From Promethearchaeia archaeon (GTDB lineage Archaea > Asgardarchaeota > Lokiarchaeia > Sigyniarchaeales > SOKP01): a stretch of DNA of 64,000 bases. Made by a program: the position numbers and the translations under genes. The stretch lies in NCBI GenBank assembly GCA_029856125.1, contig JAHQWJ010000143.1:1-64000 (forward strand). The letters run 5' to 3'. Below are positions 56,211-64,000 of the stretch, one piece after another; the stretch's first letter is position 1; each line of letters opens with the position of its first letter. The notes under the pieces are model-generated. The model made no database searches and was not told the DNA's origin. It was given only the letters and a program-made list of their open reading frames with translations.

Positions 56211-57519
56211 TTATTCGAAAGTCGAATTTGCCAAAAATCTGAGTAATCTGAGACATACGATGCCTCGAGGATTGGATGTCATTTGATTTTGTCGCGATAA
56301 AACAAGAATAAGAAGTTTCTTGGTTCTTATCTACTCCTTTCATAATAATTGGTGGGGTTATTATTTCAGGAATCAGATTTATCAATTGAGGCAATATTAA
56401 CTTATTTATCTCCCCTGATGTATACTCCCCGTCATATTTCAATTTTATTTGAGTAAATTCTGAAAACTTATGAGGGATCATTTTGAAATTTTGTAACTTC
56501 TTTTTTTGAGTGAGAAGTAAATCCATAGGATTGAATTCTAATACATTCCTAATTCCTACATAGGACGTAGTTAATCTTGGATTAATTTCGATAAAAGAGA
56601 GAGAATTGTCAACTTTCTTCACAAAATCTATTCCAAAATAACCTTTGAATGTTGATAAATCTACACCCTTTAATATATTTTCTATTTGAGCTTTTAACTG
56701 TTCAAACTGATCTACGGGAGTAAATCCCCCAAGGTACGCAGAATCCATAGTAGGGTCCGTTATTTGTAAATTCTGAGCGTTGATGCTTAATATTTTAGGA
56801 CCATTTTCGACCAGTTTTCCAAGAGGTTGATCATTGATGATTGAAACACTCATAGGATCGCCTTCAATATATTCTTGAAGGATATATTTTCTATTTGTAT
56901 TTGTTATTTTGTTAGAACTTTCAAAAAAATGCAATATCTCGTCTTTTTTCTCGAAATAAAAAATTAATTCTGATCCTACTCCATCATCAGGTTTGATGAC
57001 GATTGAACTATTTATTTGATCAAATTTTTGAAGGATAAAATCTAAATCCAAAATATTTCCATTAAAGGGGATACTATATGATTTTGGAGTATTTATTTCA
57101 TTCTCAATAAAGAACCTATAAGTTTCTAGCTTAGACGCTCCGAGCTTTATACCGTTTAAATCTATACTTAATAATTTCTTATTATTCTTTTTTACAATTT
57201 TTGTAAGATTATAGAGAACATTTGAAAATTCGGGTGCAATTACAAAACAATAATCAGAATTCCTTACGCAGGTGGTATATTTTTGCAAATAATCTTCTTC
57301 CAACTCAACAGATTTTATTATGTCTGCTTTCATATAAAGGGATAAAAATTTAATCCTAGAATCCAATAGAGTAGTAATATGAAAACCTAAATTCTTAAAA
57401 TCTTCTATAATTGTCCGCAACATGGCATACCCTTCGCAGAATAAAGACGAAGGGATTTCAACTTGATTAAAGCCTCCTCCTGAGACGAATTCAAAGATAA
57501 AGATTTTTTGACTGAACAT
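56203..57519 (-). CDS. ATP-grasp ligase, MfnD (tyramine-glutamate ligase)-like
   Basis: FEFVSGGG, EGYAM, IAPE, KPDDGVG, QEYIEG, GYFGID, IEINPRLTTSYVG. Confidence 0.85.
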   Translation of the reverse strand: MFSQKIFIFEFVSGGGFNQVEIPSSLFCEGYAMLRTIIEDFKNLGFHITTLLDSRIKFLSLYMKADIIKSVELEEDYLQKYTTCVRNSDYCFVIAPEFSNVLYNLTKIVKKNNKKLLSIDLNGIKLGASKLETYRFFIENEINTPKSYSIPFNGNILDLDFILQKFDQINSSIVIKPDDGVGSELIFYFEKKDEILHFFESSNKITNTNRKYILQEYIEGDPMSVSIINDQPLGKLVENGPKILSINAQNLQITDPTMDSAYLGGFTPVDQFEQLKAQIENILKGVDLSTFKGYFGIDFVKKVDNSLSFIEINPRLTTSYVGIRNVLEFNPMDLLLTQKKKLQNFKMIPHKFSEFTQIKLKYDGEYTSGEINKLILPQLINLIPEIITPPIIMKGVDKNQETSYSCFIATKSNDIQSSRHRMSQITQIFGKFDFRIIK

Positions 57520-57616
57520 TTTTAATATGAAGTACTAATTTTCATAATTTTAAAATGGTTTTAAAATAAGAATAAATTATTACTCTTAACTGAATTTAAA
57601 TAAAAAACTGTGAATT

Positions 57617-58861
57617 ATGACTTTTTTTACAGAAGAAGTAATGCAAAGAATTCGATATCTGCATTATAAAATTAAAAAAATTGAAGAAGCGTTAGATAAA
57701 GAGGAAGAAGGTTTTTCTTTAGACGACCTAAATCTTGTCTTAGAATATACTAAAATTTTAAACATTAACTATCAGAATGAAGATCAAATTAAACTCTTAA
57801 AAGCTTTAGACATTACTCCAATTTTCTTAGAACCACAAGAGAACAATAGAGAAATCCATATTAACGACTTAATGTTTGAGTGTGCGCGAACTTTATGGGT
57901 TATGGCACGAGCTTATTCTCATCTCTCAGAAAAGTTTGAAAGCAATGAAGAATGGGAAGATGCTATAATAGCTATGGTTGAAAGTAGTAAAATATTTAAA
58001 ACAGGTGCGTATTTTAGTGCAGCATCTATTAAACAACATGATTTAGGGGTAACTCTTTCATCTGAGAACCTAGAATTAAATTCTGAAGAAGCGAGAATAC
58101 TTGCGCAGGGTGTGGCGGCTTTGAAGGAAGAAAATTCTAATAACACATACTTTGCCTCTAAACTCTACTCGGGGTTAAGTTCACTGTCAAAAAGATTATT
58201 CTATTTAAAGAAACATGAGGAGAAAAAAAAACAACAATTAAGAGCTCAATTTCATTTCGATATGGGTAAAGCATGTCAATTAAAAGCTCAAGCTTCGTTA
58301 GAATCTTCTATTACTAATATCAATACAGATAAAGTTACGAAACTCCAACAGAAGGCAAATTTTTACTTTTTAAAATCGGAAGAAATATGGAGTGAGATGA
58401 TCAGTAGTCTGTCTGAATTATCTAGCGAGGAAAAAAGTAGTATTGAGCAAAACATATCCATCGTTAAAGATGTGTTAAAAGAAAAGAACTTAGATCTATT
58501 GGATTACGAAGAGATCAAAAGAATTCAAGACCCGGAGCCAATTATTATTATTCCAGAAAATTTAGCCCCATTTGTTCCAAAAAGCACGATATACTTAACT
58601 AAGTTCGTGCCAAAGGATTTGAATATTAAGAGATTTAAATCGTTCCAAAAGAAAAAATTGGAACAAAAAATCCCATATAGCAAACGAGAAAGACTAATGG
58701 ATAAGAAAGCTGGAATCGTGAGAACTATTAATGAATTGAAATTACTAAAAGAGAATAAAGAAATTGATATTGATAAATTCGCTGAACTACTAGAGAAATA
58801 TGCCGTAAAATTGAATATGATAGATACTGCTATAGAAAAATTAGCTCATGCAACCAAGTAA
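57617..58861 (+). CDS. BRO1/ALIX-like domain protein with C-terminal steadiness-box-like helical hairpin
   Basis: Manual alignment: LMFECARTLWVMARAYSHL; TLSSENLELNSEEARILAQGVAALK...ASKL; C-terminal RTINELKLLKENKEIDIDKF. Confidence 0.55.
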   Translation: MTFFTEEVMQRIRYLHYKIKKIEEALDKEEEGFSLDDLNLVLEYTKILNINYQNEDQIKLLKALDITPIFLEPQENNREIHINDLMFECARTLWVMARAYSHLSEKFESNEEWEDAIIAMVESSKIFKTGAYFSAASIKQHDLGVTLSSENLELNSEEARILAQGVAALKEENSNNTYFASKLYSGLSSLSKRLFYLKKHEEKKKQQLRAQFHFDMGKACQLKAQASLESSITNINTDKVTKLQQKANFYFLKSEEIWSEMISSLSELSSEEKSSIEQNISIVKDVLKEKNLDLLDYEEIKRIQDPEPIIIIPENLAPFVPKSTIYLTKFVPKDLNIKRFKSFQKKKLEQKIPYSKRERLMDKKAGIVRTINELKLLKENKEIDIDKFAELLEKYAVKLNMIDTAIEKLAHATK

Positions 58862-58894
58862 TAATTAAAACTTTCAAAAATGCTTTATTTTAAT

Positions 58895-59371
58895 TTACTT
58901 CTTTTCAAAATATAATTTTCTATTTTGTTCCAATTCAAATTTTCTTTCAGCCTCCTCTTTAAAGAGAATATCGTAAATTTCTTTAAAAACAATTCCGAGT
59001 AAAAGTGTTTCTATAATTAGGTTTAACGTTACCATCATCAGTTGAAGATCATGCAAATCAATAAACAATAACGATATAAAAACAAATAGATGAGGCGTAT
59101 ATATTAACGATACCACTCCAATTCTCTTTCCAAATTTGGAAATATGCTCTTCTTCTAGGCAAAATACACGGTCCAACTTTAGAGCTTCTATTAAATAGTA
59201 AAAGCTAAAAACAAGATTTACTAAGGCTAAGATAATTATAAAATCTCTTTCGTCTGGCTCCAAGGCAATATAAGGCTTTAAAATTATAGATCCAAGTAAT
59301 AAAGTTGATGAGAAAACAAATTGAACAACTGATAATGATAGCAAACCATCATGAAAGTATTTATAATCCAT
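58895..59371 (-). CDS. Four-TM hypothetical membrane protein
   Basis: Hydrophobic helices, charged C-terminal tail. Confidence 0.7.
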   Translation of the reverse strand: MDYKYFHDGLLSLSVVQFVFSSTLLLGSIILKPYIALEPDERDFIIILALVNLVFSFYYLIEALKLDRVFCLEEEHISKFGKRIGVVSLIYTPHLFVFISLLFIDLHDLQLMMVTLNLIIETLLLGIVFKEIYDILFKEEAERKFELEQNRKLYFEKK

Positions 59372-59478
59372 TTTTCGTCTAATTCTTTTTTTCTGTAAAT
59401 AGGATTCTGGTCTAATTTTAAAATTGAACTTTTATTAAAGATAAAAACAAAAATGTATTATTAATTAATAAAAATTGC

Positions 59479-61182
59479 GTGCTTTCAATGACATATTTAA
59501 CCGACGAAGAAATAGAGAGTTTAAAATTAATACATCCCAAAAAACGATATCTGCGTTATTTTTTTCTAGCAATTGGTATACTAATTATTTTTTTAGGGTG
59601 TCTGTTTACATTTATAGGTTTTGATTATGGAATAACTCTTAACGGATTTAATCTCTCTCTCATCGTAAGTATCTTAATTATTATATTTGGTGGTATTATT
59701 ACTTCAAAATATTATATAACGCCCTACTACATACGGGAAAATTCTCTAACCTTTAAAAAAATGCGAGATTTAAGAGAACCGGTTGAAGATTATGTGAAAT
59801 TTAATTCGTTTGCTCTTACAAGACTCATAGCCTCTATTCTCTTAATAATTAATGGGCTTATTTCGTATACTATATTTGGAGGTGATGTTGGTCACGAGGT
59901 AGAATTTGGGAGTGCGATAGTTCTTGGGGGACCCTCTTGGTTTTATGTTACTGGTTTTCCAATGTTAATGACAGGTCTTGGTTTATTAATTTATTTTATT
60001 CTGAGTCCTTTTCGAGGTATATTTTCCAAATCGAAGAACTTTCTTTTCTTTTCCGAAATTAGACCTGGGTTTGCATGGTTAACCGAAATTCCGAAAAAAG
60101 ATATCGAATTTGTACGATTCCAAAATAATCACACCGGACCCAAATTGGCTTGGATTATTCTAATGATCCCTTTCATCGTCTTACAACTCATGACGGCTAT
60201 CCCCTTACTTGCGGTCGAAAATGCAGGGCCAGACTTCGTATTGTCATGGACATTTATCATATTATCTTTTATTGACATCGTAGTTTTAGTTGTTTTGGTG
60301 ATATTTCAACAAAAATATTTCGAAATTGCTACACAAGAAAAATTATATGAAATGTGGTTTTCACCGATAAAATTGAAGAACCAATCACATTTTAAAGAAA
60401 AATTTGCCAATTTTTTAGAGTGTAATCCAAATCTACGAGATGCTGAAACAAACAGCGATGATAAGGTATTCTCAAGTATTAATTCGACTAATTTTCAATT
60501 ATTCAAGCTCATCTTTGGATTATTTTTAATAACAATTGCTCTTATAATGCTCACGCAAATGGTATTATTTGGTCCTCAAGTATGGTGGTTCGCTTTAATG
60601 TATGGTTTAATGTTGTTGGTAAAAGCTGTTTTTTACGATTTCAGTAAAAAGAATGGAGATTCATTTAAATTTAACGAAGAATCAAGAGAATTTAGGTTCA
60701 AGCGAGAATTCCTACATAAGTTCCACTATATTGGCGCTAATAAGGTAGAATCAATAAGCGTAAAAAAATGGTACAGAAAAATAGATTTTTTTGATGTTTT
60801 TGGAATATGTGGACTTTTAGTATTTCTCACTCTTCAACAATTGGAAGGATGGATAGTAGCGGATACTTTAACGCTAAGAATAGATAATTTAATTAGTACC
60901 TTGCTATGGATATTGATAATCGCATTTATTACGTTTTATTTATGCTTTCCGATAGATTTCATTGAAGTTAAATCGCCATCTATAACTTATAGAGTTCAAA
61001 TCACTTTAAAATTAAAAGAAACTAACAGTATTAAGCAATGCATAAAAAATTTGAAAAATTTTCCGAAGGAAATTATGCAACCTGAAATGAAAAAGACTTT
61101 TCTAATAAGAATGGTGATAATTTTTGCTCTTATTTTCGGGAGCTTATTCTATATGATGTTTTATTTTTTAATGTTATTTTAA
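59479..61182 (+). CDS. Polytopic membrane protein with internal duplication
   Basis: About ten TM helices; two similar TM-beta-TM-beta modules. Confidence 0.7.
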   Translation: MLSMTYLTDEEIESLKLIHPKKRYLRYFFLAIGILIIFLGCLFTFIGFDYGITLNGFNLSLIVSILIIIFGGIITSKYYITPYYIRENSLTFKKMRDLREPVEDYVKFNSFALTRLIASILLIINGLISYTIFGGDVGHEVEFGSAIVLGGPSWFYVTGFPMLMTGLGLLIYFILSPFRGIFSKSKNFLFFSEIRPGFAWLTEIPKKDIEFVRFQNNHTGPKLAWIILMIPFIVLQLMTAIPLLAVENAGPDFVLSWTFIILSFIDIVVLVVLVIFQQKYFEIATQEKLYEMWFSPIKLKNQSHFKEKFANFLECNPNLRDAETNSDDKVFSSINSTNFQLFKLIFGLFLITIALIMLTQMVLFGPQVWWFALMYGLMLLVKAVFYDFSKKNGDSFKFNEESREFRFKREFLHKFHYIGANKVESISVKKWYRKIDFFDVFGICGLLVFLTLQQLEGWIVADTLTLRIDNLISTLLWILIIAFITFYLCFPIDFIEVKSPSITYRVQITLKLKETNSIKQCIKNLKNFPKEIMQPEMKKTFLIRMVIIFALIFGSLFYMMFYFLMLF

Positions 61183-61241
61183 ATATTCGCCTTTGACTCT
61201 TAAATAATAATGAATTAATTTCTAGAAATCTTTTATTGCAT

Positions 61242-61529
61242 ATGTCAGCTGACCAAACAAAATTAGTATTATACATGAAAAATATGTTTTCTGATCTGAT
61301 TTATATAAATAGCGTAATTGCAACTGAATTAGTTAAAATTACGGAAAATTTAACCGCTTTAAGGCACGGAGAAGATTTTTTAAAGAAGAGCGGTTGTCTA
61401 CAAGAACATAACAATTTGAATAAAGATATAATTGATATTTTAAATAAATACGGCAAGCTTAATGACGAAATTGACAGAAAAATTCGATTAGAAAAACATG
61501 TGCTCAGTCATCTAGAGGATTCTAAATAA
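61242..61529 (+). CDS. Hypothetical protein
   Basis: 95-aa ORF, first gene of a tight operon (1 bp gap to the next gene). Confidence 0.65.
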   Translation: MSADQTKLVLYMKNMFSDLIYINSVIATELVKITENLTALRHGEDFLKKSGCLQEHNNLNKDIIDILNKYGKLNDEIDRKIRLEKHVLSHLEDSK

Positions 61530-61530
61530 G

Positions 61531-61971
61531 ATGTCTCAAAATAAGGAAAATTTTGACAGATTTGTTGACAAACTTCAAAAGGAAATCATTGATAAAGAAA
61601 TACACGATTTTAACGAACATATTGTGAAGTTGTTTCACAACCCTAAAAATTGGGGAAAACCGGCTAATTTCACAATTTCTCATTCATGCAAAGGAGAAAA
61701 AAAAGATACGATGGAATTTTATTTAACGATTCAGGACGATGTGATTAAAAATGCTAATTTCTTCACTGATGGATGTGGAGCAACTGTCGCAACTGGAAGT
61801 CAAACAACTATATTAATTGAAGGGAAATCTTTAGAGTATGCTGAAAGCCTAAAAACCGAAGATATAGACCTTGCGTTAAATGAATTACCAGACGATCATA
61901 AGCATAGTTTAGAACTGGCAGTAAATACTTTAAGGAATCTTATTGCGAAATATAGAAGCAAAATAAATTAA
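61531..61971 (+). CDS. IscU/NifU-N-like scaffold protein with degenerate Cys ligands
   Basis: NPKNWG, DTMEFYL, FFTDGCGATVATGS, LPDDHKHS. Confidence 0.85.
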   Translation: MSQNKENFDRFVDKLQKEIIDKEIHDFNEHIVKLFHNPKNWGKPANFTISHSCKGEKKDTMEFYLTIQDDVIKNANFFTDGCGATVATGSQTTILIEGKSLEYAESLKTEDIDLALNELPDDHKHSLELAVNTLRNLIAKYRSKIN

Positions 61972-61982
61972 TTCGTTGTAAA

Positions 61983-62702
61983 ATGAATAGCGTAGAATTT
62001 GAAAATATAGATATTCCAATCAAGGGTGAAGATTTATTTCTAAAGGGAACTATTTATTATAGCACTAACACACCCAATAAAGCTCCTTTTGTAATTAATC
62101 TAGCAGGATTATTGGATTATCGCGAGAGTTATTTTGTTAAGTATTTTACAGAAAAATTCGTTGACGCTGGATTTTACGTGTTGTCTTACGATTACCGTGC
62201 GCATGGAGAAACCAAAAAACAAACGGGATCTAGGTGGGATAGAATGGTTGTTCAAATATTTTCCGACATCCAAATTGTAATTGATTGGGTGCAAACCCAT
62301 CAGTCTTACAGACTCTTGGAAGAAAAAATAATTCTATTTGGAAGGAGTATGGGAGGTGCAATTATATTAACACAAGGTTTCCTTAATAAAAAAGTAAAGG
62401 CTTTAATTGCTCTATGTGCAAGATATGATTACCATACGACTACTATAAAATTTCAAGAGGAAATTATTCAAAAAATTAGCCCTAAATATTTTCTAAAAAA
62501 CGACCCATCAAACAATAAAAGAATTCTGATAGCCCATTGTAAAGATGACAATAGAATCCCATTCTCTAATCTCTCACAGATAAAAAAACAACTCGGTTTA
62601 AATGCGGAGAATGTGATTCAATTTGAAGGTGGATCTCATTCTTTTAAAAATCATAGAGAGGAAATTTTTGATATTACTCTTAAATTTTTAAAAAAAATAT
62701 AA
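61983..62702 (+). CDS. Alpha/beta hydrolase
   Basis: YDYRAHGET, GRSMGG nucleophile, KDD acid, GSHSF His. Confidence 0.9.
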   Translation: MNSVEFENIDIPIKGEDLFLKGTIYYSTNTPNKAPFVINLAGLLDYRESYFVKYFTEKFVDAGFYVLSYDYRAHGETKKQTGSRWDRMVVQIFSDIQIVIDWVQTHQSYRLLEEKIILFGRSMGGAIILTQGFLNKKVKALIALCARYDYHTTTIKFQEEIIQKISPKYFLKNDPSNNKRILIAHCKDDNRIPFSNLSQIKKQLGLNAENVIQFEGGSHSFKNHREEIFDITLKFLKKI

Positions 62703-62756
62703 GAAATGGAATCATATGTTAAAATGTAAAAAGTTAATATAAAAAAGTGAAACCGT

Positions 62757-63659
62757 ATGAAAAAGATATTAATTGTGGGCCCAGCAAGTCAAATACTTGG
62801 GATAAGAATTGCTAAGGGTTTAGACATTAATTACTATAACACCGAAACAAAAACCTTTCCTGACGGAGAAAACTACCTTAGAATAAACGTAGATAATGAT
62901 TCTTTAATAGATGGAACTGAAGTTATAATTGTTCAATCAACAGGGCCGAGTTCAAGCGAAAACCAAAATGGAAGGTTAATCGAGCTTTTAATGATGATCG
63001 AAGCTGTTAAAAGAATGGGTGCCGCTAAAATTGTTGTTGTTGTTCCATATTTAGCTTATGCTCGACAAGATAGTGTTTTTAGACCAGGAGAATGTAAATT
63101 TGCTCAATTAGTTCTAAGACTTATAGATTCGATGAGAATTGACGAGCTCTATGTTGTTGATATTCACTCCCAAAAAACTTTAGAAGAAATCCAATGTAAG
63201 TGTGTGAATATAGATTCGATGAAACTTTTGGCGGATTATATTAAATCGTTAAAGATTAACAACATTGTAGTGGTCGCTCCTGATAAAGGTGCTGTAGAAA
63301 GATCTAGAGCCTTTGCAAAACATTTCGGAGATAACGTACCAGTGGATTATTTTGAAAAAGTACGAGATGTTAAATCGGGAGAGATAACAATGTCAGGAAA
63401 ACTAAGCTTAAAAAATAGAGATGTCATCATTTCAGACGATATCATTGCCACGGGCGGAACGATGGCTAAAGCCATAAAAATTTTAAAGGGGGAAGGGGCT
63501 AATAGAGTATTTGCTGTAGCAACCCACGCTCTTTTATTACAAAATGCAAGATATAGGATATTTAATGCAGGAGCAGATGATATAATCGGTACTGATTCTA
63601 TTGATAATGAAGTAAGTAAAGTTTCATTGTCAAAAGCTATTGTAGATTATTTGAGATGA
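62757..63659 (+). CDS. prs: Ribose-phosphate pyrophosphokinase
   Basis: FPDGE, PYLAYARQD, DIHS, APDKGA, DDIIATGGT. Confidence 0.95.
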   Translation: MKKILIVGPASQILGIRIAKGLDINYYNTETKTFPDGENYLRINVDNDSLIDGTEVIIVQSTGPSSSENQNGRLIELLMMIEAVKRMGAAKIVVVVPYLAYARQDSVFRPGECKFAQLVLRLIDSMRIDELYVVDIHSQKTLEEIQCKCVNIDSMKLLADYIKSLKINNIVVVAPDKGAVERSRAFAKHFGDNVPVDYFEKVRDVKSGEITMSGKLSLKNRDVIISDDIIATGGTMAKAIKILKGEGANRVFAVATHALLLQNARYRIFNAGADDIIGTDSIDNEVSKVSLSKAIVDYLR

Positions 63660-63663
63660 ATTT

Positions 63664-63999
63664 TTAATAATTTTCTATAATTTTAAAAATCAAAGAGCGC
63701 GTTTCTTGCTGAACATCTACTTCTGATAAATTATTATTTATTTTATAGTTCGCGTTTTCTAAAACTTCGTTTAAGCCGAATCTAATTTCTCGTTCATCTC
63801 TATCTCGTATTTCGCTTAAAGAATTTGGATCATCAGGTCTTTTTCTGTTAGAAAGTCTTTCATACCTAATTTTTTCATCTACAACAGTGGCAATTAATGG
63901 AAATTTCCAGTATTTTCTAAAAACCGCAACTTCGGCCATAGATCTCAACCCATCTATGAAACACACTTCACATTCTAACTTTTTAATTAAATTTACGCA
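63664..63999 (-). CDS. 5'-truncated P-loop kinase (UPF0200/dephospho-CoA kinase-like)
   Basis: IDGLRS..EV, RYERL..R.R.DD, RDEREI.FG; frame open to the window edge. Confidence 0.75.
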   Translation of the reverse strand, partial: CVNLIKKLECEVCFIDGLRSMAEVAVFRKYWKFPLIATVVDEKIRYERLSNRKRPDDPNSLSEIRDRDEREIRFGLNEVLENANYKINNNLSEVDVQQETRSLIFKIIENY

Positions 64000-64000
64000 T

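Noticed and set aside
14-62300. Numerous short track ORFs antisense to, or nested in, long genes (e.g. 14..232, 1290..1562, 26928..27464, 32262..32693, 45611..45838)
   Set aside because: Shadow frames of well-supported genes with no recognisable motifs.
1-64000. CRISPR arrays, IS elements, integrases, prophage, rRNA
   Set aside because: No regularly spaced repeats, transposase/integrase motifs or long GC-rich rRNA-like tracts seen; neither tRNA has a visible duplicated 3' end.

Overview
AT-rich (roughly 30% GC by eye), gene-dense archaeal chromosome segment, most consistent with an Asgard archaeon of the Lokiarchaeia type. The inference rests on archaeal core genes (histone, psmB, rps8e, srp19, gltX, archaeal thrS, ribK/ribL, prs, Hef helicase) occurring with methanogen-type markers (MtxX, MfnD-like, HdrD-like) and many eukaryotic-signature-like proteins. 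There are about 60 CDS and two tRNAs (Pro-GGG, Arg-GCG), each with a 30-nt intron at a non-canonical position. No CRISPR array, rRNA or recognisable mobile element was found. Main observations: (i) a 'hypothetical' that by manual alignment looks like a BRO1/ALIX domain fused to an ESCRT-I steadiness-box-like hairpin; (ii) an operon joining an RWD/UEV-like + dead ABC-ATPase fusion, a paralogue and a longin-4TM protein; (iii) an NPRL2 (GATOR1)-like longin/winged-helix protein; (iv) a 1467-aa tail-anchored prenyltransferase-repeat/PCI/coiled-coil protein; (v) an SDR-SCP2-ALDH-SCP2 lipid-type operon; (vi) several genes that need CTG/ATA/ATT starts; (vii) two structured 5' leaders. All family calls come from reading motifs by eye and from remembered family sequences; no searches were run.
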